Shown here: positions 53,601-61,153 of the stretch, piece by piece
Numbering within the stretch: position 1 is the stretch's first letter
How the letters are laid out: every line of letters starts with the position of its first letter
NCBI RefSeq assembly: GCF_006345805.1
Contig: NC_043009.1
Location: forward strand, 68,572,001-68,636,000
Direction: 5' to 3'
From: Octopus sinensis
Taxonomy: Eukaryota
DNA length: 64,000 nucleotides
Notes under the pieces: model-generated
Told to the model about the DNA's origin: nothing
The model's input: only the letters and a program-made list of their open reading frames with translations
Database searches by the model: none
Program-made: the position numbers and the translations under genes

Positions 53601-56600
53601 TCATCACTTTGGAAAATGGTTTTCGAGAATAAAAACCAGCTTTAAAAAAAAAACCAACAATTAGGAAATTGGAATTTTCAAAAGCATCTCTTTTTAAGTT
53701 GGATTTTAAATCCCAAAAGCTTCTCATAGCAAGTTTAATCATGGTGTGATACAAAATTAATTAACGCAAATGATGCGTATTTCCACACCACATGTGAAAT
53801 AATTCATGCATTTCAATAAATGAGTGCATCTGATGTTGGCTTTCCGGTTGAAAGAGTCACAGGTTCATGCCCTGTTAAGATTGTCCTCTGGCCTGGATAC
53901 AACAGTAAACACTGGCTCCCCAACCAATCAGATAACAATGAAGAGGGAATGACTGCGATATGGAGTGGACACTGATGTTTATTTTAGTCACTGAATGGTA
54001 CCGACGACAAGTCATCAGACATCAGTGCAGAAGAGTACGCAAGAACAAATTTACTCAAAAAGATTTACACAAAAGATCGATAAGTTAAAATATTTTAAAA
54101 GATTTGATCAAGACCTGGTGACTCAATATCGATTTTGACTACTGTAGAATTACCACTTGAATATTTAAGTTATAATTATGATGCACTGTGAATATTTATA
54201 ATACTGTGATGGGTTGTAGACTTGCAGAGAATATCTGATTGACAACAACAACTACAACTGGAGTTATACAAACAAATCAATTCTATTTCCGTCCACTGGG
54301 CTGTTGACATAATTAGCAATTGCAATGAAAAATTAAAAAAAACATAAAATAACAACACTTGCAGCTGACCCAGGTCAGCAAAGCAAACAACCAGAATTCC
54401 ATGAACCAATGGAGGAGTCTTTCAAGTAGGTTGTTCGGTTTACTTGAAATAACAGCCAAATCGCCACCAAAATACATTGTAGAGTCTTAGAAAAAGGGTG
54501 CATGGGATAATATAGGCTTACACATACTGAGTCTGGAAACAGGATTGAATTGTCCCAGTTGGAAAGTCTTTCTAATTACTGACCAACTGAAGGCAGCAAG
54601 CTGGCAGAATCGGTAGCACATTGGACAAAATGCTTAGCAGCATTTCCTCTGGCTCCACATTCTGAGTTCAAATTCCACCAAGGTCAACTTTGCCTTTTAT
54701 CTCTTCAGGGTCAATGAAATAAGTATCAGTTGAGCACTGGGGTTGATGTAATTGCCTAACCCTTTCACCCAAAACTTTCAAGCCTTCTGCTGATAGTAGA
54801 GAGAATAACAGACCCACAGTGATCAGTACTAATGAGCAGCTAAACAACCTGCATTTCCTCTCATTGCCCCCAACTCTATGCTGAGCCCTTGAAAGGAATA
54901 CTTATTTAATGGCAGAGTTTAGTAGCTGTCATCAGATAAGATGCAAGCACAACCTAATTGACAATTTTTCATTAATTCGCAATGCTGACTTTAAATCTGA
55001 TATGTGCCTCAGAAAATCAATGAAGAAACTCTCAAAGTTCCTTCGTCATTTAACAATGTGGCTGCAAAGTCTCCGAAAACCAACAGAATCCTATTGGCTA
55101 TTTGAGACAGAAAAGTTTTTAATTAAATATATCAGTGATTCTGTACTGAATGGCAGTTTCAGGCTCATTTAATCTTTTAACGAAGCTTACATTTTTCTGT
55201 TCATTTAATTTTTTATGTGTGCCAGTCATTAGACTGCAGCCATGCCAGGGCATCACCTGGAGGAATTTCCAGTCAAAAGAACCAACCCCAGTACTTATTT
55301 TTTCAAGCCTGGTATTTGTTTTATCAATCTATTTTTCCAAACTGCTAAGTTGTGAGGACGTAAACACACCAACACTGGTTGTCAAGTGGTGGCACGGGAA
55401 GGACACAGACAAAGACACACACACATAGATATATATGATAGTCTTCTTTCAGACTGTCTACCAAATCCACTCACAAGGCTTTGGTTGACTCAAGGCTATA
55501 GCAGAAGAGAGTTGCTCCAGATTGCCATGAATTGAGACTGAACCTAGAACCACATGGTTCTAGGTTAGCAAGCCTCTTACCACACAGCCATGCTAGCACT
55601 TCCTAAATTTTATAGAAAAGTACTAATACTAATCTTATGTTTCGATGGACTTGTTGACTATTCAGAAACACTAACAGTGACTCTGGATAAAATACCGATT
55701 CTATGCATATCCAATGATTGCATAGAAATAACTTGCTGTTAAGGTTCTTCATATAGTCTTCCTAGGAACCACTTCAACTTGTGAACTATATATAGTTCAT
55801 CATCATCATCATCATCATTGTCGTTTAACGTCCACTTTCCATGCTGGCATGGGTTTTACGGTTTGACTGAGGGCTGGCAAGCCAGAAGGCTGCACCAGGC
55901 TTCAATCTGATTTTGCAAGGTTTCTACAGCTGGATGCCCTTCCTAATATCAACCAGAATGTAGTGGGTGCTTTTTACAGGCCACTGGCATGAAGGCCAGT
56001 CAGGCACATGAGAAACTATTTCTATACCATCAATTGATGTGAATTGATTCATTCTACACATCCAAATATTTAACAACTTGAAAACGATTGTGAGAATAAG
56101 GCGCTCCAAATTTGCCCACCACATTCTATACCTAATATGAATGACTCATAAGATGGCAGGATCATTAGCATGTCAGGCAAAATGCTCAGTGGCACTTCAT
56201 CTGTCTGTGTGTCCTAAGTTCAACTGCTGCTGCTGCTGCTGCTGTCACCTTTGCCTTTCACCTTTTCAGGGTCAATGAATAAGATGAGCACTGCAGTTGA
56301 TGTAATTGGTTATCCCACTTCCCAGAAACTGATGACCCTGGGCCAAAATTTTAAATCAATATGAATGACTCATGCTAGGTAATGTAACTTTCTCAAAAAT
56401 CCAATGGAATGCCAAGATTTGATCTCAAAGCCTTTTGCTATTGGCTCTACATGTTACCCATATACCGTCAACACAAGTGTTCTATACTCACCTCAAATGT
56501 CTCACAGTCAACCAAGGACCGAAACTGAAGACTGGTTGTGGCATCAAGAAGTAACAACTGACCAGTTATTTTTGTAGTGTAACCCGTTTCTCCGATAATC

Positions 56601-57210
56601 CATGGAATGTTAGCTTCTACATATGAACCTTGCCCTGTGTTCATATGTATAGCTTGATTGACCTGTTGACAGAGGGCAGGAAACAAAAAACATTTTCAAT
56701 AATCTAAAACATCTTTCTAAATAAATATTTCAAAGAGAAACTTAGCAATCAAAATACTACACAGCAGAATTAGTTCCAATTAATTCTTCATAATTTAAAT
56801 TTTTCTTTCTTTTCCATCAAATTTCAAAATATATCTAACAGTAAATAAATAGGGACATATAATTTTTTAAAAAGACCAACGTTTTTCTATTCTTTTAAGT
56901 CAGAAAACAAGGATAAGTTTCAACAGAACAAGTGGGACACAAAGACTTGAAGAATTTATTATTAGAACACAGCTGAGTTTCATGAGAAAAGGAAGAGATT
57001 GAGGCCAGAGAGCATCCAACACACAAAGAGGACACTTGGAAACTTTATTAAGCAGGAGTGGCTGTGTGGTAAGTAGCTCGATTACCAACCACATGGTTCC
57101 GGGTTCAGTCCCACTGCGTGGCACCTTGGGCAAGTGTCTTCTACTAAAGCCTCTTGTTGACCAAAGCCTTGTGAGTGGATTTGGTAGACGGAAACTGAAA
57201 GAAGCCCGTC

Positions 57211-57256
<46 letters not shown>

Positions 57257-57990
57257 CTACCACCAGCCCCTGTTAAACCATCCATCCCTTGCTAGAATGG
57301 CAAACAGATGATGATGGCAGTGGTGGTGGTGGTGTCAGCCATGTAAATTTCTCTCAGCGAACATCATACTTCCAAATAGAGACCAAGGAATTACTAAAAC
57401 TAACCATCCCATAATAAATATCAAACAGTGATGGTTAAAATAATCTGTGTCTAGATAGAAGTAGTTTCTGATGGGATTCTCCACAGATATAATTCTAATT
57501 CAATATTTAAGAAAGAAGCAGATTTGATTTCAAACGGTGTACTAATAGTTCAGATATTCTAAGTGAGCAGACATTTGCAGTAATCCAAGTTATCTAACGG
57601 ACAACAGGAACAACAAATTATTCACAGATCAAGATCAAAAGGTCTTTAAGATAATCGTAGTTTGGAGGAGAGTAATATCACTTTTGAATGTGAATAAATA
57701 AGACGACCACACTAATACTTCTGTGAGTGTGTTTTATACGAGTGCAAGAGAGAAATGTAAAGAAAACAAAGAGGGAGAGAAAGAAAAATGACTGAAGAGG
57801 ATAAAAAAACAAGAGTAGAGAAACTCCACTTACAGAATTTTTGGTAAAGAGTATATCCACAGTTGCTTTGGCAATAATACTCATACGAAATTCAAATGCT
57901 TTGTACTGCCTCCGCTCACCTGGGCTAGGATCTCTGGTGGGTTGCAAAGGTTGATAGTCTGCAGGAAAGAAAAACTTCCAGAGATGTTCT
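1443..57990 (-). CDS. BLTP1: BLTP1/KIAA1109 (bridge-like lipid transfer protein family member 1; tweek/lpd-3 orthologue), 28 internal exons, 5'- and 3'-partial
   Basis: Manually spliced 28 exons (8861 nt), all GT-AG with matching phases and no internal stop seen. Peptides such as [91 protein letters not shown] and [12 protein letters not shown] are colinear with human KIAA1109 as recalled. BLASTP would confirm. Confidence 0.95.
2261..2515. repeat. Foldback palindrome, ~125-bp arms, 4-nt loop
   Basis: TTCTGTTGTGTCT...GCAACCTTTTCAA-CTTA-TTGAAAAGGTTGC...AGACACAACAGAA. Confidence 0.9.
3154..3237 (-). CDS. BLTP1: BLTP1 exon 27 [28 protein letters not shown]
   Basis: tcccag acceptor, gtaagt donor; 84 nt, phase 0 to 0. 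Confidence 0.93.
5036..5643 (+). mobile_element. RTE-clade LINE 3' end (ORF2 C-terminus + 3'UTR + (GAT)n tail)
   Basis: [39 protein letters not shown], then the shared UTR GGAAAGGCATCCAGCTGTAGAAAC...CCAACCCATGCCAGCATGGAAA and (GAT)n. Confidence 0.8.
6119..6195 (-). CDS. BLTP1: BLTP1 exon 26 (S)[25 protein letters not shown]
   Basis: tatcag acceptor, gtatgt donor; 77 nt, phase 1 to 0. Confidence 0.91.
7305..7425 (-). CDS. BLTP1: BLTP1 exon 25 [40 protein letters not shown]
   Basis: ttgcag acceptor, gtaagt donor; 121 nt, phase 0 to 1. Confidence 0.93.
7603..8000. repeat. ~30-36-bp tandem units GTGACACTTGTGAAGACCTGTTGAGGCAA and a ~240-bp local duplication
   Basis: Units at 7603-7745 and 7941-8000; segment 7716-7870 recurs at about 7956-8110. 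Confidence 0.75.
7766..8612 (+). mobile_element. RTE-LINE 3'UTR with expanded internal ~58-bp tandem repeat
   Basis: Repeated GGCACATAAAAACACCATCCGAGCGTGGCCGTCTGCCAGCCTCG units, then shared UTR and (GAT)n tail. Confidence 0.78.
8613..10865. repeat. Punctuated microsatellite array (TA)n-CACAGA, ~2.25 kb
   Basis: (TA)n runs interrupted every ~20-45 nt by ACACAGAT; a short related block lies at 7486-7580. Confidence 0.95.
11994..12122 (-). CDS. BLTP1: BLTP1 exon 24 [16 protein letters not shown]...[10 protein letters not shown]
   Basis: aaacag acceptor, gtaaat donor; 129 nt, phase 0 to 0. Confidence 0.93.
12792..13031 (-). CDS. BLTP1: BLTP1 exon 23 [18 protein letters not shown]...[18 protein letters not shown]
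   Basis: tttcag acceptor, gtacat donor; 240 nt, phase 0 to 0. Confidence 0.94.
13671..13760 (-). CDS. BLTP1: BLTP1 exon 22 [30 protein letters not shown]
   Basis: tttcag acceptor, gtaagt donor; 90 nt, phase 0 to 0. Confidence 0.92.
14740..14938 (-). CDS. BLTP1: BLTP1 exon 21 (R)[10 protein letters not shown]...[19 protein letters not shown]
   Basis: ttgcag acceptor, gtcagt donor; 199 nt, phase 2 to 0. Confidence 0.92.
15326..15702 (+). mobile_element. Non-autonomous Helitron
   Basis: Starts A|TC(TCTATATATATAA), internal (TG)n, 15-bp perfect 3' hairpin CACTATGACCTGGCA-T-TGCCAGGTCATAGTG, then TTAG|T (CTAG variant). Confidence 0.75.
16021..16233 (-). CDS. BLTP1: BLTP1 exon 20 (T)[14 protein letters not shown]...[21 protein letters not shown]...QKS
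   Basis: cacag acceptor, gtgggt donor; 213 nt, phase 2 to 2. Confidence 0.93.
16889..17643. mobile_element. Non-autonomous hAT-superfamily DNA transposon, 755 bp
   Basis: 14-bp TIR CAGGGGTCACCAAA / TTTGGTGACCCCTG and identical 8-bp flanks GTCTATAC (16881-16888, 17644-17651). Confidence 0.88.
18175..18237 (+). pseudogene. Degenerate hammerhead-like motif
   Basis: CTCAGC-AT-CTGATGA-G...C-AAAAC-GAA-GTC-AT-ATGGA-GCTGAG. Core intact except the G12 position reads A in a CpG context; stem II is imperfect. Confidence 0.35.
18808..18901 (-). CDS. BLTP1: BLTP1 exon 19 (G)[30 protein letters not shown]
   Basis: ttgtag acceptor, gtgagt donor; 94 nt, phase 1 to 2. Confidence 0.92.
19194..19540 (+). mobile_element. 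RTE-LINE 3'UTR / derived SINE-like copy
   Basis: Shared UTR and (GAT)n tail. Same family also at about 1-107(+), 4588-4763(+), 12300-12445(+), 16292-16430(-), 20070-20185(-), 25262-25561(+), 28596-28925(-), 29577-29885(-), 39600-39790(-), 50300-50510(+), 51310-51495(-), 55797-56005(-). Confidence 0.8.
20236..20464. repeat. Foldback element (~78-bp arms) + unique tail, within (TA)n
   Basis: Arms 20236-20393 centred on CTAG; tail ends ACTCCGG then (TA)n. Confidence 0.85.
20553..20930 (+). mobile_element. tRNA-derived SINE family A, near full length
   Basis: Head as above plus 3' part ...CCCCAGCATGGCCACAGTC..ATGACTGGAACAAATAAAAGAATAAAAG. Confidence 0.85.
21034..21183 (-). CDS. BLTP1: BLTP1 exon 18 (S)[20 protein letters not shown]...GAYREKVK
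   Basis: ttgtag acceptor, gtcagt donor; 150 nt, phase 1 to 1. Confidence 0.92.
21346..21567 (-). mobile_element. piggyBac-like MITE family 1
   Basis: TTAA|CCCTTTTGTTAC ... GTAACGAAAGGG|TTAA; 222 bp; same family as 59376 and 59629. Confidence 0.85.
22468..24637 (-). CDS. BLTP1: BLTP1 exon 17 (large) [21 protein letters not shown]...[11 protein letters not shown]...[14 protein letters not shown]...STFKQ
   Basis: ttttcag acceptor, gtgagt donor; 2170 nt, phase 0 to 1; matches ORF 22460..24613. Confidence 0.95.
26979..27204 (+). mobile_element. tRNA-derived SINE family B
   Basis: GGCAGCAAACTGGCAGAACC(G)TTAGCA...GAGTTCAAAT (B-box)...CTTTCATCCTTTCAGGGGTTGAT..AAGTACCAGT. Copies at about 3506-3704, 46784-46990, 47013-47190, 47560-47680, 54590-54805, 56150-56360 (+) and 27655-27870, 31845-32068, 50617-50740 (-). 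Confidence 0.82.
27922..27963 (-). pseudogene. Decayed hammerhead-like motif
   Basis: Minus strand CAT-TTGAAGA-A-GGCTG(GAGCGTACAA)CAGCC-AAAAC-AT-A-GTG. Same layout as 33117 with three substitutions; two are CpG-to-CpA. Confidence 0.45.
28100..28280 (-). CDS. BLTP1: BLTP1 exon 16 (R)[19 protein letters not shown]...[20 protein letters not shown]
   Basis: ttctag acceptor, gtaagg donor; 181 nt, phase 2 to 0. Confidence 0.93.
30054..30994 (-). CDS. BLTP1: BLTP1 exon 15 [13 protein letters not shown]...[12 protein letters not shown]...[22 protein letters not shown]
   Basis: accag acceptor, gtgtgt donor; 941 nt, phase 0 to 2. Confidence 0.93.
31406..31613 (-). CDS. BLTP1: BLTP1 exon 14 (R)[22 protein letters not shown]...AYFSLSK
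   Basis: ttcag acceptor, weak gttcgt donor; 208 nt, phase 2 to 0. Confidence 0.9.
32731..32845 (-). CDS. BLTP1: BLTP1 exon 13 (F)[37 protein letters not shown]
   Basis: attacag acceptor, gtaact donor; 115 nt, phase 1 to 2. The frame is also open further upstream, so the acceptor is slightly less certain. Confidence 0.88.
33117..33152 (+). ncRNA. Minimal type-I hammerhead ribozyme motif (Penelope-like/retrozyme type)
   Basis: GUUU-CUGAAGA-A-GAGC(GUCU)GCUC-GAAAC-GU-U-AAAC: complete core, 4-bp stem I (GUUU/AAAC), 4-bp stem II, palindromic ACGU stem III. Confidence 0.65.
34388..35130 (-). mobile_element. RTE-clade LINE 3' end
   Basis: Minus ...[11 protein letters not shown] then internal GGCAC(A/G)TAAAAAGCAC repeats and shared UTR; approximate bounds. 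Confidence 0.72.
36062..37877 (-). CDS. BLTP1: BLTP1 exon 12 (large) [13 protein letters not shown]...[12 protein letters not shown]...[12 protein letters not shown]...SFIEEEEA
   Basis: ttcag acceptor, gtaagt donor; 1816 nt, phase 0 to 1; matches ORF 35841..37820. Confidence 0.94.
38700..39110 (-). mobile_element. Possible highly decayed mariner transposase fragment
   Basis: Minus frame [23 protein letters not shown]...[20 protein letters not shown] resembles mariner (WVPHxLTDxQKxxR ... IITGDETWVHxYxPETK). Confidence 0.35.
39261..39506 (-). CDS. BLTP1: BLTP1 exon 11 [11 protein letters not shown]...CQHGLPQ...[17 protein letters not shown]...SNLQ
   Basis: ttttag acceptor, gtaaac donor; 246 nt, phase 0 to 0. 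Confidence 0.93.
40082..40258 (-). CDS. BLTP1: BLTP1 exon 10 [33 protein letters not shown]...LTSPQ
   Basis: ttccag acceptor, gtaaca donor; 177 nt, phase 0 to 0. Confidence 0.94.
41277..41625. repeat. Foldback element (~144-bp arms) + unique tail, within (TA)n
   Basis: Arms 41277-41568, loop TCG at 41422-41424; tail ends CTCCG then (TA)n. Confidence 0.88.
41908..42045 (-). CDS. BLTP1: BLTP1 exon 9 [36 protein letters not shown]...STE
   Basis: tttcag acceptor, gtaatt donor; 138 nt, phase 0 to 0. Confidence 0.92.
42101..42472. repeat. Diverged AT-rich palindrome, ~180-bp arms
   Basis: TTCAAAAGAAAGTAAGAAAA / TTTTCTTACTTTCTTTTGAA termini; internal AATAGCAATTATTAAAATCATTATATT / AATATAATGATTTTAATAATTGCTATT. 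Confidence 0.8.
43374..44005 (-). mobile_element. RTE-clade LINE 3' end
   Basis: Minus [47 protein letters not shown] + shared UTR + (GAT)n. Confidence 0.82.
44254..44475 (-). mobile_element. piggyBac-like MITE family 2
   Basis: TTAA|CCCTTTAGCATT ... AATGCTTAAGGG|TTAA; homologous to 49743 and 52863; partial copy near 1126-1240. Confidence 0.82.
44539..44733 (-). CDS. BLTP1: BLTP1 exon 8 [13 protein letters not shown]...[10 protein letters not shown]
   Basis: ttgcag acceptor, gtaacc donor; 195 nt, phase 0 to 0. Confidence 0.93.
45640..45955 (-). CDS. BLTP1: BLTP1 exon 7 (S)[22 protein letters not shown]...[13 protein letters not shown]
   Basis: ttctag acceptor, gtgagt donor; 316 nt, phase 2 to 0. 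Confidence 0.93.
46213..46376 (-). CDS. BLTP1: BLTP1 exon 6 [18 protein letters not shown]...EKWRKLTQK
   Basis: cactcag acceptor, gtaatt donor; 164 nt, phase 0 to 2. Confidence 0.92.
47183..47545 (+). mobile_element. Probable Helentron-associated (HINE/DINE-1-like) non-autonomous element
   Basis: Starts CCTCTGCC, then GTTTGTTTGTTTGTCC, GGATGGATTTGAATGAAACTTT, and ends CAGAGGTTTGCACTCTCTGGGTGCTCTTGTT. Layout recalled from DINE-1-like elements. Confidence 0.5.
47881..47978 (-). CDS. BLTP1: BLTP1 exon 5 (I)[32 protein letters not shown]
   Basis: ttttcag acceptor, gtgagt donor; 98 nt, phase 1 to 0. Confidence 0.92.
48039..48254. mobile_element. piggyBac-like MITE family 3
   Basis: TIR CCCATTAAGTCCC / GGGACTTAATGGG; flanks TGAA / TTAA; 216 bp. 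Confidence 0.65.
49361..49516 (-). CDS. BLTP1: BLTP1 exon 4 (D)[21 protein letters not shown]...[16 protein letters not shown]
   Basis: tattag acceptor, gtaagt donor; 156 nt, phase 1 to 1. Confidence 0.93.
49743..49961 (+). mobile_element. piggyBac-like MITE family 2
   Basis: TTAA|CCCTTTAGTGTT ... AATACTAAAGGG|TTAA. Confidence 0.82.
52863..53082 (-). mobile_element. piggyBac-like MITE family 2
   Basis: TTAA|CCCTTTGACATT ... AATGCTAAAGGA|TTAA; terminal 14 nt duplicated in tandem. Confidence 0.78.
53151..53268 (-). CDS. BLTP1: BLTP1 exon 3 [39 protein letters not shown]
   Basis: cttaaag acceptor, gtaaac donor; 118 nt, phase 0 to 1; not in ORF track. Confidence 0.92.
56492..56662 (-). CDS. 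BLTP1: BLTP1 exon 2 [21 protein letters not shown]...DCETFE
   Basis: caacag acceptor, gtgagt donor; 171 nt, phase 0 to 0. Confidence 0.93.
57052..57256 (+). mobile_element. tRNA-derived SINE family A
   Basis: GCAGGAGTGGCTGTGTGGTAAG (A-box-like), GGTTCAGTCCC (B-box-like), CACCTTGGGCAAGTGTCTTC (CORE-like), (TA)n(CA)n tail. Further copies at about 6353, 6979-7228, 20553-20930, 32375-32715, 40417-40632, 48631-48785 (+) and 11810-11935, 25570-25740, 55222-55593 (-). Confidence 0.85.
57834..57990 (-). CDS. BLTP1: BLTP1 exon 1 of window (R)[13 protein letters not shown]...VDILFTKNS
   Basis: ttccag acceptor, gtaagt donor; 157 nt, phase 2 to 0. Confidence 0.93.
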
Positions 57991-58824
57991 CTGGAAAGAT
58001 AGGAAGGAAAGAAAAACAAAACTTAGACAAATAAAGTAGTTTTTGCCATTTTTCTTTCTTTTTTTTTTTTGTGGTTTGCACTGCTTTTTCTTGTTTACAT
58101 CTCCAAGGCTGTGAATAAAACATTTTATAAAGAAGACCATTTTAAATTTCCACCACAAGGTCCAGTCCTTGTAGTGTGGCAGTCTGTGAGCTTCAATGAC
58201 CATGAGAGCCCTTCCAAGGGAGCACAAGCCCCTGATAGAGCCTCTCTCATGCTAGACAGGGCAAAGGATAGAGGCCCAACTAATATGGACCATCAGAGGT
58301 AAAAATGGGTTCGTGCAGGGCCAACAACCCCACCTAGGAAAAGCAAAGGTACAGCAGCAACATTTATGACAATTGAAAACTAAGACTTGGGAAAGGGAAG
58401 AGCTGAAAAAGGCAAGGATTCAACTGGAGAGAAACAAAAAAGACAGGCCAGAATTGAAAAAGAATGGAGGAAAGTGGTCGCTGATCTCTGCTCCATGGGG
58501 AGTGAAGGGTTTGACTAGGAAGTCATTTCAAATTTGAAAGATAGGTAAACAATGGCTTCCAAGTTTTCATTATTCTTTTATAAAGGAAACTATTCTTTTT
58601 TCCCAGACAAAGTACCATTTTGCAAGTAATATAATAAAACATAACTGAAATGAACACTAACTTTCATCATAGACTTTAATAAACCTTGCATTTAGCAACA
58701 TTGCCCATCAGCATCAGTATTGTCTGACACAAATCAATGAGGGAGTTTCTAAGTTATTATAAACTTAGAAAATTATTATTTTTAAATCTCACAACTTGAG
58801 ATATTCAGCAACAGTACTTTGTAG

Positions 58825-59066
58825 TAAAGTTTGTTTGCCAACATAACATGGCAGTCCTGGTTTAGGACGAATGTTGCTGTAATTTAACCCCAGGAGACAT
58901 CGTCTCCAGCTGGCTATATGACACGACCTGTGTCCTTATCTGTTCAAAAATATAAGGACACAGATCGTGTTGTATAGCCAGCTGGAGACGATGTCTCCTG
59001 GGGCTAAATTACAGCAACATTCGTCCTAAACCATGACTGTCATGCTATGTTGGCAAACAAACTTTA
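58825..59066. repeat. Foldback palindrome, ~115-bp arms, 12-nt loop
   Basis: TAAAGTTTGTTTGCCAACATA...GTGTCCTTAT-loop-ATAAGGACAC...TATGTTGGCAAACAAACTTTA. Confidence 0.9.
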
Positions 59067-59375
59067 TTATCATAGCTTGTTTTAAATAACACCTACATCT
59101 ACCCTAAATCACACTCCTCCATTTTAAAATTAGGAATGACACAATAGCTAAATGTACCCCAAGGTAGACTATCTAAAAAGAAGCTGCAATGATCATAACT
59201 GGAATGCTTTCGATCACAGAGTTACTTGACCAGGGTTGACCCAAGATTTAACAAATAACATTCTACATTTTACTATCCCCCGTTAACGTGGAATGCATTA
59301 TACACCCCAAATTATTTGAAATTCTGTCTCTTCTCACTTATATTTGAGATCCTTCATCAGCACACATATTTTTAA

Positions 59376-59597
59376 CCCTTTCGTTACCAACCCAGCTGAA
59401 ACCGGCTCTGGCTCTGTAATACAAATGTCTTGTTTTCCTAAGTTTTGAATTAAAACCTTCCACCAAACCTTAGTCACAATTTATGCTCCAAACATTAGCT
59501 GAATGATAACTAAGTTATTTGACTAAATTCTTTGTTATATTTAAAATCAATTGAAAGAAACACAGAGCATCTCAACAGAAATATTGTAACAAAAGGG
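59376..59597 (+). mobile_element. piggyBac-like MITE family 1 (copy a of tandem pair)
   Basis: TTAA|CCCTTTCGTTAC ... GTAACAAAAGGG|TTAA; 222 bp. Confidence 0.85.
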
Positions 59598-59628
59598 TTA
59601 AAATATATAATAGAGAAACAATTCTTAA

Positions 59629-59849
59629 CCCTTTCATTACCAACCTGGCTGAAACCGGCTCTGGCTCTGTAGTACAAATGTCTTGTTTTCATAAGTTTTG
59701 AATTAAAACCTTCCAGCAATCCTTTGTTAGAATTTATGTTCCTAACACTTGCTTAATGATAACTAAGTTATTTTACAAAATCCTTTGCTATATCTAAAAT
59801 AATTGAGAGAAACACTGAGCAGCTCAAAAGAAATACGGTAACGAAAGGG
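59629..59849 (+). mobile_element. piggyBac-like MITE family 1 (copy b of tandem pair)
   Basis: TTAA|CCCTTTCATTAC ... GTAACGAAAGGG|TTAA; 221 bp, 31 bp after copy a. Confidence 0.85.
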
Positions 59850-59879
59850 TTAACAAAGCAGGGGTCATCCATTTACATC

Positions 59880-60200
59880 AGTTACCCGCATTTCTACAAA
59901 AACCTCTTTCTGAACACAGAAACTTATGTCCAACCACTTGCCCAGTTCCCACATTCTACTTTGCATGCAAATTTACATTTCGCACAAAACAGATCGCATT
60001 TTACACACTTCTTATCAATCCTAGCAGACCTTCCATATTCAATGCCTACATTACATGCCATGCAGCAGCATCATACTTTTTGCACAGGTTTCATACAGTC
60101 CGCGCTTTACAAGGAAAGACAACCTCTTTGATGACAACAAGGGCTGTAATCTCTCCCTGAACGTATTTCATCCACCTATTACATTCAAAATGCCTACGAT
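59880..60200 (-). mobile_element. Decayed RTE-like LINE ORF2 fragment
   Basis: Minus frame FRERLQPLLSSKRLSFLVKRGLYETCAKSMMLLHG resembles the post-RT region of RTE ORF2 (FRELLPLL..K.LS..VKGRLY..CV...MLHG). Confidence 0.45.
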
Positions 60201-60354
60201 TAATGTTTGAACAGGAAACATTTATCCATGTTCTACATTAATAGAAAATTGCTTTTATGTGTTTATAACAAAAAAAAAAAAAAATGGTGACACGGAGTGG
60301 TTTGTTTACTTGGAAATGATTGAGAGAACAAAAAGTGAAAGCACAAAGAAGAAT

Positions 60355-60913
60355 TATATAAGTAAATAAAAGTATAAATAAGAAACAGGTACATAAATAG
60401 AATCAATACATATATACATACATATGTATACATACGTATACACATATGTACATATATACATACATATACACATATATTCATGCATGGGTCCCTGTGCTGG
60501 TGGCACGTAAAAAACAACATCCAAACATATGCATATATATACATACATTTATATACATATACATACATATATGCACATATACACATACATATATATATAC
60601 ATATATACACATACATATATATATACATATATACACATATATACAAATATATACAATCATATAAACACACATATATATACATATATACACAAGTATATAC
60701 ATACATACATACACACACATATATATACATACACACACATATATATACATATACACACATGTATACATACATACACAGACATATATACATACATACACAT
60801 ATATACATACATACACACACATATATACATACATTCACACACATATATATACATATACACATATATACATACATACACATATATGTATACACATACACAC
60901 ACATAAATACAAA

Positions 60914-60963
<50 letters not shown>

Positions 60964-61065
60964 AATGCATATATACATACACAGACACGCATATATACAC
61001 ACACACACAAACACAAACATACACACACACACATATACACACACATATATATACACCTACACAGA
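60355..61065. repeat. Mixed (TA)/(CA) microsatellite array with a short RTE-UTR remnant (~60480-60525)
   Basis: Low-complexity ATAC/ACAT runs; embedded GTGCTGGTGGCACGTAAAAAACAACATCC. Confidence 0.9.
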
Positions 61066-61153
61066 CATGACAGCCACCCTTATAATCATTAAAATTTATT
61101 TGAATCTGAAATTATACATTCAAATTATTTATTGATTGTTATAATGTGAATAT

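Noticed and set aside
53826-53860. CTGATGT...GAAAGAGTC hammerhead-like string
   Set aside because: The core is mismatched and there is no credible stem II or stem III.
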